From NCBI GenBank assembly GCA_951406725.2, contig OX597823.1, positions 42,036,001 through 42,100,000 of the forward strand: 64,000 nt of DNA. Direction: 5' to 3'. Of the stretch, positions 37,406-52,422 are shown piece by piece; the first letter of the stretch is position 1; each line of letters opens with the position of its first letter. Below the pieces are notes generated by a model that was not told the DNA's origin, made no database searches, and was given only the letters and a program-made list of their open reading frames with translations. The stretch is from Octopus vulgaris. Its lineage: Eukaryota. The position numbers and the translations under genes were made by a program.

Positions 37406-40149
37406 TATGTTGTTGAATATTTTTACTCAGACACAGGTACTCTTAATTTAATTCTTATCAACTATCATTCTCAATGTTCATCCATATCTGCCATCATGAT
37501 CCGTCAACTAGAGCCCCTTATTTATCCCTATATTTTCCTTTCCACTGCTTCTACACCTTGCACATTGGTCTACTACTTTCTGTTTTATTCTCCTTCTTGT
37601 GCCATTCCTATATTTCCCTCCTTACACACTAGTAATCCATTATCTGCAGCCCCACTTTAGCTCATCACTCACTATATTAACCTCCACCTCCACCTGTTTA
37701 CTCCCTCCTTGCATTCATATGAAAGCTCCCTCTCTGTCAGCCCCTCCCATGATCCCTTATCCTTGTCCTCTTTTATGTTTACCTTTTTATTCCTTGTGAG
37801 TTTGCTCCAGTATCCCATCACTGCCTTCCTCTTATCTTCTTCAGCCATATATCTCTTCTATAGCAAGACTCCTGTGCTTGTCCCTCTATCATACTTTAAC
37901 CTTTCAACACTTGGCATACAAAAACATTCTCACGATTGCCACCTTGTCTTCTTTTCTTTATCAGGCATAGTGTATCTAGAACTACATTATCTAACGATGT
38001 TTTATTTTCTCTCTGAAAATGGTATGATGTGATTTGGAATAGCGGTTATTTTGGTTGCTATTTCTTGCAAGTCAAACAGCTGTCAAGGCCTCCTAGTTGT
38101 AGTGATGTTGATATTAAAAGCAAGCAACACTGCTAAATAGAGTGATATATGACAATTGCTACATGAAGTAGCCAGGAGCCATGATTGTCAAGAAAGAGGA
38201 ATTGGGGAGGGAGTTCTGACACCTATAGCAGTGATTGGTATGTCATATCACTTACTGGAGTGTTACTATAAGAGTTATATATTTGTGTATATAATATTGT
38301 AATGGAATAATGTTGGTGCTAATGGTTGATACAATATTGTAAAGTATCGGGAGTGGTGGTTAGGATTAGGAAGAGAGTTTTAATATAATAATTCAACTCT
38401 GCTGTTTAATACGTCAGATATTTAAATTAATATCATAGAATAGTTACTAACATCAACTAGAATCATATTACTTTTCTTTCTTTGGCTGTTTGTCTATTTT
38501 CTCTACTGTTCTTTCACTTTCTGTTTGTCTCTCTCTTTCCCTTCCATTCCATGTGCGTGCAACAGATAAACATTTAACTAATTATCTTATATTATCTCAT
38601 GTTTTCCTTCGCATTTTTATTGCTGTGCGGAGTTGGAGAGAAGGGGTATGTTTTTCCAAGTTTTTTTTAAGTATCTGGGAAAAATACACAAATAAATAAA
38701 TTTTTTTGAAAAAATGTAATTAATAAGAGACATAAACAACAATGGAAGAAAATATATTTTAATTTGATAAGTCTTCATTCTATGTCATCTATGTTAACTG
38801 TTTCTTTTTTCATCCAAAATATTTCATTTGAAAATAGAATGTGTATGTTTGCATATAAGAGTATGCATGCACATTAAGTGCTAATATGCTATGTGAATAC
38901 AAGTGTAGCTATCATTTTTTCTCTAATACATACATATATAAGAATATCAAAATATATGTGTCAGTGTGTGAATATAATTTTTTCTTTCTGTCATAACTAA
39001 AAAAAATAGAAAGAAATTTCAAATAGAATTATCAATTATAAAGTAAGAAAGCACAAAACTTTAATAATTTTTCTGTGTAATAAAAAAAAAAAATTTAAAA
39101 GCCGTTTCTCAAAAAGATTTTCTTCTGCAAATTTAAAAACAAATTAAAACTACTGCAAATAAAATTTAATAGGTGTTAAAAGAATTGAATCAAATTATGT
39201 TTTCATTACATATACAGTAGTAAAGATATGCAAATGCAGTTATGTACATAGAGAGAATATAAAATTAGTAAATAAAATTAAAAGGCAACATATAAAATCA
39301 TAGAGCAGATTGGAAGACACAATAAATGTTGAATGAAATAGAGAGCAATAACAAACTGTGGCTCTATTGTTCAATCAGTTGTATAAACACTTGATTCTTT
39401 ATTAAAGCTGTAGTTTGTTTTAAGCCTGCTACTTATTCTATCAGTCATTTTTGCCAAACTGCTTAGTCTTGGGAATGTAGATGCTGCAACACTGGTTGTT
39501 AAACAGTGGTAGGGGACAAACACAGAAGCAAAGACACACACACACACACACATGATGGGCTTCTTTCAGTTTCTGTCTACCAGATCCACTCACATGGCTT
39601 TGGTCAGCTCAAAACTGTAGTAGAAGACACTTGCCCTAGGTGCCATGCAGTGGGACTGAACCTGGAACTATGTGCCTGGGAAGCAAGCTTCTTACCATAC
39701 AGCCATGCCTATATATAGTAAATTTTAAAAAAAAAACAAAGAACAAACACAAAAATCAGCAACGTGAGTATGTGGTACATGTAAAGTATTTACAGACGCT
39801 CAGGGAAGGAAAGAAAGATGGTTTAACATTTCAAGCAAAGCTCTTCTTCAGAAACAGAGAAAAGTCCAATAAGAAAGGAAGACAGGAAAAAAAATTACCA
39901 ACAATTCACGTGTGGTTATATGTATGTATGTTTGTATGTATGCGTGTATATATAGATATGCAAGCATATTATTATCAACATCATTGTTATAGCATCCACT
40001 TTCCCATGCTTGTATAAGGCAGACAAAATTTGCTGAGCCAATTTTCTATTGTTGGATGTCCTTCTCATCTCCAACCCTCACTTGTTTCAAATCAAAGTAA
40101 TGTTTCTCCATGGCGAGAAGTTTGGAAAACAAATAACACTGCTTGCATC

Positions 40150-40182
<33 letters not shown>

Positions 40183-41022
40183 CTCATTTGCAGTAATTAT
40201 CAAACAATATCAAGACAATGTGCTTTAAACATGCAAACACACTCTTGTAATAAGAAGCTTGCTTCCCAACTACATGGTTCTGGGTTCAGTTCCACTGCTT
40301 GGCACCTTTGGCAAGTGTTTTCTACTATAGTCTCGAGCCAACCAAAGTCTTCTAAGTGGATTTGGTTGAGGGGAAACTGAGAAAAGCCTGTCCTATATGT
40401 GTGTGTGCTTGTGTCTGTGTTTATCATCTACCATGGCTTGACAACCAGTGTTGGTGTGTGTACATCCCTGTAACTTAGCAGTTTGACAAAAGAGTCTGAT
40501 AGAGAAAATACCAAGTTTAAAAAGAAATGTACTGGGGTCGATTCATTTGACTAAAAATTCTTCAAGGCAGTGCCTTAGCATGGCCGCAGTCTAATGGCTG
40601 AACCAAGTAAAAGATATAAGATGTATATGACAGGCTTCTTTCAGTTTATGCCAATCAAATTCACTCACAAGTCTTTGGTCTGTCTATGGCTATAATGTTA
40701 TGTTGTTGAACTAAAGCTGAAATCTCATGGCTGGGAAGCAAATTCTTTAAACACATGGCCATGCTGAATAAATTTTGTGTATCTTTCAGAGAACATAGTC
40801 TATCAAGAACATACCTTGATTATGGGATTCTCTTCTTTCTGATGGGTTTTTGACAATTATGTCTAAAATTTCACCTTAAATTCTTTGAATCACAATGATC
40901 TGTGTGTGAGTACGTGTGAATGTGTATGTGTGCATGCATGCATGTGTGCATGCATGCATGTGTGCATGTGTGTGTGTGTGTGCATGTGGTGTTCTGGTTA
41001 ATTTAGCAATTATCTTGTATTT

Positions 41023-41625
41023 TGGGAGGGTCATTATGCCAATAATAAATACACACACTGGTCCCATTTTACTTCTTTCATTATTATTAGTCAATTAACT
41101 GGAACAACATGTGTTCCACTTGATCTGATGAATGGAACAGCCTGCTCAGGAAATTAAAGTGCAAGTGACAGAGCACTCCGCAGACATGTGCACCCTTAGC
41201 ATAGTTCTCAGGGAGTTTAACATGTTACAGAATGCAACAAAGCTGACCCTTTGAAATACAGGTATTACTCATTTTTGCCAGCTGAATGGACTGGAGCAAT
41301 GAGAAATAAAGTATCTTGACAAGGACACAATGTACCACTGGGAATCAAATTCCTGACCTTACAATCATGAGTTGAATACTCTAACCACAAATCCACATAC
41401 CTTCACAAGTCAAGTAGTTAACCAATTAAGCAATTAACTAAAGTATTGTTTGATTAATCATTGCAAAAAGTGACCAAAGAACTCTGACAAACCTAAGCTG
41501 ATAGGTTGATGACTGAACGACTAGTCAAACAACCAAATATTTAATTGGTTTAAACAGTTGAGTAATAGTAAAAGAGGCGAAATAGAATCAGTGCATGTGT
41601 TATGATTGGCATAATGACCCTCCCA
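41023..41625. mobile_element. Palindromic MITE-like element interrupted by a V-like SINE (41100-41405)
   Basis: Perfect 21-bp inverted termini TGGGAGGGTCATTATGCCAAT extending imperfectly inward; no clear TSD. Confidence 0.65.
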
Positions 41626-41789
41626 TGATATGACAAAATCTGTTTGAACACACAAGTCTATATTAAGAATCTTGCAAATCAAATACAAAAACTAAATAAT
41701 TATGAACTCACGTTTTAATTTAAACTAAGAATGGTTCAAGTTTAATGTGGAACAAAAAGAAATTGGAAATAATTTGGTATGATGTGTGT

Positions 41790-42505
41790 AGCACTGTGGT
41801 AGGTTTATGGTTTTATCTGAGAGGTGATCTGTTTATTTAACATCTAAGAAGTTGTTTTGAAAGAAATGAAGCCAGTATGCTCTGTTGGATGGAGAATGTC
41901 GGTGTGAATGTGCAACAGAATATTAAGTCCTTTGAGACAAAACCTGGGAATACAAAGCATCAGCTGTAATGTGCAAGAGAGAAGATTGCACTGGTACTGT
42001 CATGTTATGCATATAAATGAAAACAGTTGCATCAAGAAGGGCTGATCTCTCATTGTGGAGGGAATTTATGGAAGGGGTAGACCTAGGAAGATGTATGAGG
42101 AAAAGGTGAGAAAGGATCTTCAAACATTGGATCTCACAGAAGGGATGACAAGGGATTGAGACTTCTGGTGGTTTGCTGTGCTTGAGAAGTCACATCAAGC
42201 TAAGCAAAATCATGATTCTCCTTGCATACAGGCATGTTCCCTGCATTCCTCTTCAGCTGGGCAATCCTACTCTTACAGACTCATAGGTGCTGGTCCCATG
42301 TAAAAAGTGCTTGTGCCAACACTGTGTAAAAAAACCCAGCACACTTCTGTGAAGTGATTGGCATTTGGAAGGGCCTCCAGCCATTGAAACCATGCCAAAG
42401 CAGACCTGGAGCCCAGGCAGCTCTTCAGCTGGCCAGCTCTTGTCAAACCATCCAACTCATGCCAGCATGGAAAACAGACATTAAATGATGATGATGATGA
42501 TGATG
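41790..42505 (+). mobile_element. Older diverged RTE 3' fragment related to 2571-4139
   Basis: ERNEASMLCW..., VQERRLHWYCHV..., GRPRKMYE...LQTLDLTEGMTRD remnants, 3'UTR and (GAT)n tail. Confidence 0.82.
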
Positions 42506-43081
42506 TGGGAAGAACAAAGATTTTTAACTACCTAGGGTTTAAGTTCTTAACTCTATTTTCTTGTTCTCTTTTTAATTCCAAGATGAAATTCTAGTCTCAC
42601 CTCTAGGTGCTTCTTTAGCTCAGGCTTGAGTTCAGTGATTCATGGAACAGAGTCTATGGTTTTATAAACCTGATATTTATCTACTTAAGGATTTTCATTC
42701 ACTTTTTAAAACAAACATAAAAAGAAAAAAAGACATGTTAACAGCCTAACATACAGTTATAGATCTGTATTGAAGTGTTCTCTAATTGCTCCGAAGTAGA
42801 CAGCAGTTTGTGGTCAAGAGAGAGAAAAGGCAAGTCAATAAGTTAGATAAATGGTTTGCATTCACTTCCAACAGGCAAGAAATTTGGCAAAGTTATAAGC
42901 CGCAGTGAAGCTAGCCATGCCATTAATTTGATGCTTTACTCTGTTGTGCAAAACGAACAGCTCTTTTAGGGAAATTTCTCCGTTCTTTCTTACTTAGGTT
43001 TGTAATAATTAGAATTAGGTGGCATTGGAAAAAAAATAGGGGAAATGAGGAAAAATAATGGGAGACAAAAAAGGGAAAGAA

Positions 43082-43115
<34 letters not shown>

Positions 43116-43777
43116 GGGGTGAGAAGAGAAGATGTTAGAAGGAGAATGTGTGGAGTAATTTTGGGGAAAAAAAATGTATTGTAACAATTGTAAATATACA
43201 TATGTGTGTGCATATACATTCAGTCACATATACTCACGTATACACAAACATATCTACATATGTGAGCATAGAAACAAACATACATACATAGACATGGAGC
43301 TAAAAGCAAATATATAAGACTACACTAATAAAATATATAAATAAATTGATCAGATAGATGGTAAAACAATAGATGCATGTGTATTTGTGTGGATGTATAA
43401 CCACAGCAGTACCAGCTTCTGAATCATGTTAAATTGAAAGAAAGCTACAAAATGCACTTTGCAATCTATGTGAACAACCAAGAACCATTGGAAAATAATA
43501 GAACAGCTGGATTTTCCCAGTCTTTTTGCTACTGGCTGACTTTCTTCAATTTAAAATTCTCAACAAAGACAAAAAAAAAAAAACCAGAAAAAAATCTCAT
43601 CTTTTTCCAGTTTTTATTTTTTATCAGCTATCAGTCGAAGATAATGATGTAATTTTATTAATCCTCCGTAGAAATATCTGACAGGAAATCTGAAGGTTAC
43701 TTGGCTCTGTGGTAGATAGGGCTCTAAAGATTCATAAAGTGCTGTTAACAAACAATTCAACAGAGAATGACAACTAA

Positions 43778-43820
<43 letters not shown>

Positions 43821-43822
<2 letters not shown>

Positions 43823-43917
43823 TCATCATCATTTAGCGTCCGCTTCCCATGCTAGCATGGGTTAGACGGTTCAACTGGGATCTGGGAAGCCAGAAGGCTG
43901 CATCAGGCCTAGTCTGA
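43821..43917 (-). mobile_element. 97-bp extreme 3' end of the RTE family inside a (TA)n tract
   Basis: Matches 2571-2680; TA repeats on both sides. Confidence 0.88.
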
Positions 43918-43991
43918 TATATATATATTTATCTATATATTCTCGTGCGAACGGTTTTTTATACAGCGCTGTTTTTACAATCCTGTAAATA

Positions 43992-44414
43992 ATAATAATG
44001 GTATTTTTATATAAGCTTAAAGCTTATGGTGATCACTATGCAATGACTTAGGAAAACAGTCCAATAAAGGGGCATATAAGCCCTCGAAAGAAAAAAGAAG
44101 GCTTTCCTATCTGCATGTGAGGAAAAGTAAAGTCGACCTCGGCAGAATTTGAACTTAGAACGTAAAGACGGGCAAAATATCGCTAAGCATTTTACCCGGC
44201 ATGCTAACATTTCTCCCAGCTCGCCACCTTCCTCAAAATATATGTTACTGCTCTAACGCTTTTGAGTGTGCCAGCATGGCTGTAGTCAAATGTAGATAAG
44301 AAAGCCTTCTTTTTTACTGTCGAGGGCTTATATGCCCCCTTGTTAGACTATTTTCCTTAGTCATTGCACGGTGATTGCTTTAAGCTTTAAGCTTATATAA
44401 AAATACCTTTATTA
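43992..44414. repeat. Long inverted repeat (arms about 43992-44120 and 44286-44414) enclosing a Nin SINE head
   Basis: GGTATTTTTATATAAGCTTAAAGCTTA...GGGGCATATAAGCCCTCGA...AAAAAAGAAGGCTTTC.TATCT.CAT mirrored. Confidence 0.92.
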
Positions 44415-44748
44415 TATATATATATATGCTATAATAAAAAAAATTTATACATTAAACTGAAAGATTACTCAGTACTTTTGGTAGAATACCAATTTATTAT
44501 TCTTTAACAGCACTAGTATTGACAATGACTACAAAGTCAGCTAAACCATCATTAGACTGTCTGTCATCGAACTCACTGTCAATACTATTTTCACAAAAGA
44601 ATATATATATGTATTTGAGAAAGGAGATGACAAAGGAATAAAAGATTATTGTATGAACCTCATTATCTTACAGCTGTATCCACTGTAACTATAAGACTTG
44701 TGACTGAATTTAGGAGATGAAAACTAAAAGAAACCTGCAGTATACGTA

Positions 44749-44784
<36 letters not shown>

Positions 44785-44989
44785 TGTAAGTGTGTGATTC
44801 TTTGTCTTGATATCATGTGATAGCTGTAAATAAGTATCACCTACAATTCAAGTGATATCATTCCAGTCTTCCTTTCTTTCTCCATCCATCCAATCTCACA
44901 TGCTTTGTAATGAAGCTTGGGTAATATCTTCCTTCTTTCCTTCCTGGTTAAAAGATTAGATACATCCCTGCACGTGCACATACACACAC

Positions 44990-45580
44990 AATCTTTTATC
45001 ATTTATTTGTTTCAGTCATTAGACTGTGGCCATGCTGGAGCACCGCCTTCAAAAATTTTTATTTGAATGAATCAACCCTGATACATTTTCATTTCTCTTT
45101 TGAAGCCTGCTACTTATTTTATCAATGTCTTTTGCTGAAACACTAAGTTACAGGGATGTAAATACACCAACACCAGTTGTCAACTAGTGTTGGTAGACAA
45201 ACACATGTACATTATATATATGATGGGCTTCGTTCAGTTTCCATCTACCAAATCCACTCACAAGACTTTGGTCAGCCTTAGACTATAGTAGAAGACACTT
45301 GCCCAAGGTGCCATACAGTGGGATTGAACCTGAAACCATAAGGTTGGAAAGCAAGCTTCTCACCACACAGCCATGCCTGCATCTATATTCTTATTTCTTT
45401 ATTGCCCACAAGGGGCTAAACATAGAGGGGACAAAGAAGGACAGACAAAGGGATTAAGTCGATTACATCGACCCCATTGCATAACTGGTACTTAATTTAT
45501 TGACCCCGAAAGGATGAAAGGCAAAGTCAACATCAGCAGAATTTGAACTCAGAACATAACGGCAGACAAAATACCGCTAA
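44990..45580 (-). mobile_element. Adjacent CORE-like SINE (44990-45385) and Nin SINE (45388-45580)
   Basis: Both match other family copies in this window. Confidence 0.85.
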
Positions 45581-45962
45581 TATATATTCTTACCACATCT
45601 ATTTTCTTACCGCACAACAATGCCTGCACTCACATATAAGAATTTAATATCTACTCTACCATGCTTTGGAAACAAGAAGAAAAAAAGTCAGTTTACATAG
45701 AACCCAGGAATTGGGTACTCATTTCACTCACTACATAGAAAAGATATCAAAGTCCTCATATCAGCAATTAGATAATCTTATAAAATGTACTGTGAGGCTT
45801 CTTCACATTTTCTTTAATACGCTATTACTGGCATCGTGATAACACTAATAACAGCAACAACAACTATAATAATAATGATAATAACGATGATGATAATAAT
45901 AAGGATAATATTAATCATAATAACGATAATGATATAATAATAATGATAATGATAATAATAAT

Positions 45963-46065
<103 letters not shown>

Positions 46066-46327
46066 GAAAAAGCACAATAAAAGAAGAAAAATAACAAGCA
46101 ATAAAAGGATATAATGTATTGTTTGATGTCTTTCAATTTCTATGGTGCAATGGTTTGCAACATTTTAATTAATAAAAATGGTAATTTAATTTCAGCTATT
46201 TAGGATTCTTTTCTACTGTGTAAAGTTTGCAGTCAATACATTATAGTTTGTGTGTATGTTTGTATGCGAGTATTAATACATGATGTAATATAATATAATA
46301 ATACAGACACACATACATACATATGTT

Positions 46328-46410
<83 letters not shown>

Positions 46411-49082
46411 CATATATATATACATATATATGCACATACGCACATATATATATGCATATACACACATACACACACATACATATATATACACATGCATACA
46501 CACACACATATATTCATAATTACCTTGATGCCTGAGAATTCCTACATGCACAGTCATACACATGTATGTATGTATCTATCTGTATGTATGTATGTATGTA
46601 TGTATGTATGTATGTATGTATGTATGTATGTATGTATGTTTGTATGTATGTATGTATGTATGTCCGTACATACGTACTTTATATATGCATTTTATATATG
46701 TGTGATTTTTGATTGCTGCTCTCCTCCTAGAATGACTGTATACCATTTTACCATGTCTGTCTTTCTATGCCGTTATGACATTAGATGTGACTTGTGCAAT
46801 TGAATCTATTCTTACAGAATTAAACTTTAGATAATCAGCCACATTTAATATCCACTTGATCTCCAATACCATAAATGTATTCCAGTGACATCACTGAAGT
46901 GTCTTTTATAATTGGGTTATATGCATTTTGATAACTGTCATCCCTCTAGCTCAATATCACTCCTGATCTTTCTAGGTTTTATACTTCTGTATGAACTATG
47001 TGTCTAGTGTCCTGCAGTGTATTGAAAGCTCAGCATGTTTCTTGATTGTAATATATCTTGGCTCACTGCTTTGTAATAAAAATTCTTTTGCTCATAAGAG
47101 TGATTCTGATATGTATAGGAACAGGTTACTTGGTGACTTGACACTTACTGTTTCTTTCTTCACAGTGGTAATAAATCTGTATCCTTTCGTTTGTAATTGG
47201 TTGGAGTTAATTGCTACTAGTTCAGTGGTTGACTAATATTTAATCTGCCGTGAGCTGAAACCTTTGAAGTGGCAGGTCTTTTACTACAAGTGGAGCAAAC
47301 AATGTTGTTACCATAAGCAGGGTTAACACAATGTGTGATAAAATTGATGTTGTTGATAGACTCCCAGATGAGACTATATGAAGTAGTCTATGGCAAAAGC
47401 ATTCCAGCCATAGCTATCCTCAGTTTTATTTGTTGTTTCTTAAGGTGGAAAGTTGGCAGAATTGCTAGCATGCCAGGTAAATTCTTAGTGGTATTTTGTC
47501 CATTGTTATCTTCTGGGATCAAATTTCACCAAGGTTAGCTTTACCTTTCATCCCTTTCAGGATCGATAAAATAAGTACCAGTTGAGTACTATTGTCAATA
47601 TAATCAACTTGACCCTTTCCCTAAAATTGCTGGCCCTATGCCAAAATTTGAAGCTATTATTGATTGTTCCCTCTTTTTATTTTTTGAAGAATTTCATTGT
47701 TTTTCTTGCTGATCAAGCAATAAAATATAGGCTCTCTTATAAGTTAGAGTCATAATTCTTTGTAGCATTAACCACAAAATCAGCAATTTTTGAGGGAAGG
47801 GATTAATTGATGTCATCAACTCAGATATTTGGCTGGCTTTGAAGGGGTTAGTTCAACTATCAACCCTAGTACTTATATTTATGCCCGGTACCTATTCTGT
47901 TAGTCTCTTTTACTGAACTGTTAAGTTATGGAGCCAAAACACAAATCAGCACTGGTGGATAATACAAATACAAAAACGCACACATACAATGAGCTGGCAT
48001 AAAGATTCTGTCAACCACTTTGGTTAGTCTAGGGCTAAAGTAGATGATATTTACACAAGGTCCTGTTCAGTGAGACTGAACCCAAAACCATGTGGCTCCA
48101 ACGCAAGCTTCTTAACCATTCAGCCATGCCTGCATCTGTTATTGTTTATGATGTTGCTTCTGCTATTGTTACTAATGAGTATCTTCCATCCCTCTTACAA
48201 AGGACACAATAAATTCATTAAACTATTGTGTCTGATGTCGATTAAAGTACAGTTAGCTGCTGGAGGTCACACTGAAGTCTCTTGTTATGTGTGCTTGACC
48301 TTATAACAGGCAGATTAATATTCAAACATGTTCTGTGTTTTCACGTGTTCTAGTTTTTGAGCTGATTACAGATTGCAGAGACTTTCTTATTGTTGTAGAG
48401 AAGATTAGCACTAATTGGAACTTACTAGATTTTCTTGAAGAGGTTTCAGATTGAGAAAAGAATTCTAAACGAGAATGGTAATTGATATTGTGTCTGCTTT
48501 GGTGATGATATCTGTACATGTATGCATACATATGTGTGTGTGTGTGTGTGTGTGCGTGTGTGTGTGTTTGTTTGTGTGTGTGTGTGTATGTTTTGTTTGT
48601 TTGTGTGTGTGTGTATGTGTTTGAGAGAGAGACAGAGAGAGAGAGATGTTACAATGGTTCTGCAGTCTGTTCACATGTTTGCAGGTGGTTATACATGTAA
48701 TTGGCAGTTTGATAAATGATAATTGCAGTGTTCATTGACGATAACAATAACAATAACAGTAATAACGATGATGATGATGAGGACAATGAATTTCAAATTT
48801 GAACAATGTCAGCTTAGAGGAGGTGACATATATCTGCTCTCAACTCGCTAACTTCTGATTGTTAGGTCATGCACTGTGAAGTTACAAGCTCAGGATTTGT
48901 AATCCAACCTTTCAAGCCATTTGGCCATCATTACTTCAGCTGTACACAACTTCACTGACTCTCTCTCTCTCTATTTTTCTCCCTCTCTCTCTCTGCTTTC
49001 TCTCCTCCTCTCACTCCCTCACTCTACATGGAACATGGACGTTAAATGATGATGATGTTACAGATACATATATAAGTCCCTT

Positions 49083-49147
<65 letters not shown>

Positions 49148-49250
49148 GTACATACATATATATATACATATCTATATACACATATATATATATACATATA
49201 TATGTACATATATATATATATATATGTATATATATACACATACATATATA

Positions 49251-49290
<40 letters not shown>

Positions 49291-49822
49291 ATATATATAC
49301 ATATATATATATATGTACATATATGTGTGTGTGTATTCATATATGTATGTGTGTGTATATATATATATATGTGCTTATATATATGTGGGTATACCTATAT
49401 GTATATATCTATATGAATGTATATATCCATATCTCTCAGTCTATCTACCTCCCCTTAGTGAAATTGTCCATACACACTTGGTCAGTTTCTTCACCTCACC
49501 TTCCTCTCCGTGCATTCCTCGTAACACCTGCTTGTCTGTTTAAGACCTCTGAGATTTAATTAATTATCTCATGTCATACGGTATGACCTTACTATTCCTG
49601 ATCCACACCACCCACTCACCCTCACCTTCCACAACTCCCAACCATCCAAGGTCCCCTTTCCGCTCCTCTTCCCAACTTAATCATCGCTGCTCGAGGGATT
49701 ATGATTCCGAATAATATTAAGTAAATCAGTCATCACTGTCTAATTGTCTTCCCTGTCAATAACTGCCACCGATGTCATTATAATTGTGATTGTCATCATC
49801 TTCATATCATCATTGTCATCAC

Positions 49823-50586
49823 CATCATTGTTGTCATCATCATTATTATCATCTGTGTTGTCCTCTTAACATTACTTATCAATCCCATCCACCTCCGTCT
49901 CCACGCCTTGCATCTTCCTTTTACTACAAATTGATAAATTCATTTCAAAATACAGCAAAGGTTACATGTTAACTAATTAAAATACCAAAGAGCAATAGTA
50001 ATTAACTTGCAGAATGTCAGAAATTCTAACCTCATCCAGTTTCCATAATGTTCAAAGAATTCTTTCAAATTTTAGCTGAATAAAACTCTGTATTCAACTT
50101 GACCAATGAGCCAAGCCTGAGGATAACAACAGTCATGAGAAAGTAGCATATGTGATTGTTTGTGTTCATGCAAGTGAATATATATGTGCTTATATAAATG
50201 TATGTATAACTACATATGCATATATGTTCCTATCTTTCCCTCTCTCTTTCTCTCTTATTATATATGCGAAAACACACAGAAAGACAGACAGATAGATAGA
50301 TATAGATAGACAGGCAGTTAGATAAATATAAACATATATATATATATATATATACTCTTTTACATGTTTCAGTCATTTGATTGTGGCCATGCTGGAGCAC
50401 TGCCTTTTTATCGAAGAAATCAACCCTAGGACTTATTCCTTGTAAGCCTAGTATTTATTATATCGGTCACTTTTGCCAAAATGCTAAATTTCAGGAACAT
50501 AGACACACCAACATCGGTTGTCAAGCAATGGTGAGGGGACAAACACAGACACAAAGGCACACACATAAATATATATATACATATAC

Positions 50587-50644
<58 letters not shown>

Positions 50645-51688
50645 CCAATAGGCTTCTTTCAGTTTCCGTCTGCTGAATTCACTAACAAGGCTTTGGTCAA
50701 CCCAAGGCTACAGTAGAAGACACTTGCCCAAGGTGCCACATAGTGGGACTGAACCCGAAACCATGTGGTTGGGAAGTAAACTTCTTACCACATAGCCATT
50801 ATATATACCACAGCCATTATATGTATATAATCAGTTAATTGTCTTCAAATAAGAAAAAAAAAGCACATTATATACATTGTCGAACAACATCATTTATATG
50901 TGTAGGTGTGTATATGTTAGGATGGACAGAAAGTCTTGTCACATTTCAAAATGGGAAAGAAACAAATAAATCTGTTGTCTTTAGTGTTATATGTAATCAA
51001 GAACATAATCCCAGTTATGTAGCAAATGTTGATCCCTCAAGCATAAAATTCTTTAGATTTCAAAACATATTTTAACTTTTTCCCCGTTAATAAACTGTTC
51101 ATAATTTTGCAATTATTTCCAAAGATGTGTGTTGGATGGCACAAGGTCAACAGAGTAAGGAGATTGAAACTAAACTTCTATATTTAGTGCCATAACTTTT
51201 TCCTGAGTGACTTGGGCAATGTGTGGTTTTGCATTACCATGTTAGAGCAACTCCCCTTTATAAAGTGACTAATGGTGGTGCTTTACCAGAAAGGTTTTAT
51301 GCACAGCTTCCAATTTGAAAACAGATGATTTGTTTATAGTGAACAGATGTATGTGCTGTACATTAGCTCACTCTCTACCTCAAATTGACATTGCCTGAGC
51401 ATATGCATAGTCTACTACATATCAGATGTCATGTGTGTATATGTGTGTGTGTGTGCATGTGTGTGTGTGTGTGCATGTGTGCGTGTGTGTATCAGCATCA
51501 TTGTTGTCATCATCATTATTATCATCTGTGTTGTCCTCTTAACATTACTTATCAATCCCATCCACCTCCGTCTCCACGCCTTGCATCTTCCTTTTACTAC
51601 AAATTGATAAATTCATTTCAAAATACAGCAAAGGTTACATGTTAACTAATTAAAATTCCAAAGAGCAATAGTAATTAACTTGCAGAAT
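49823..51688. repeat. 193-bp direct duplication (49823-50015 and 51496-51688), one mismatch
   Basis: Identical except AATACCAAAG / AATTCCAAAG; ORFs 49790 and 51385 share their C-terminal text. Confidence 0.95.
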
Positions 51689-51689
51689 A

Positions 51690-52388
51690 TTTGTTGAGTA
51701 AGAGAGCAGTGCGTACTGGAGTACAAATACACAAAGCCATATATACCTATCATGACTACATGACTGATAAGGATACACTAAGCACATGCATTACAATCAT
51801 AAGTGCATGGCATAGTGACCTCATAACAAGATAAACAGCATGTAATCTTGCTTGATGGGGCTCAGTTTGAATTTTCTTCACGTTGAGTAGTTCATCTCAC
51901 TGAAAAAGTCCTTAAATAAGAGTTGTTCAAGGATGATGAATGAAATATTAAAACCCAAAAGAATTCCTCTCAACACATAGCTATGATGTTCTCTTACTGT
52001 TCCTGCTCATGATCAGAGATGCACATATCGTCAGCCACCAAGGGACATACTCAACTGGTTAATATCAAGAAACCGACATGTAAATTTGTGGTATTGAGCA
52101 GAATATTTGCTGTAATCCAACTTTTATTCCAAGCCATAACATGTACATTCCAATCAGTTAAGATCAGAACCCATGAGAGCTCTCCTTAGTATTGCATCAG
52201 AGCAGTGAGCTGACAGAATAGTTAACATATTGGGCAAAATGCTTTGTGGCATTTTGTCCATATTTACATTCTGAGTTCAGATTCTGCCAGGGTTGACTTT
52301 ACCTTTCATCCTTTTGGAGTTGATAAGTACCAGCTGAACACTGGTGTCCATGTAATCAACTTAGACCCTCCTCCCAAAAATTTGAATC

Positions 52389-52422
<34 letters not shown>

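Noticed and set aside
48354-48470. Candidate + strand exon (FELITDCRDFLIVVEK...)
   Set aside because: In-frame stop before the best donor, no domain similarity
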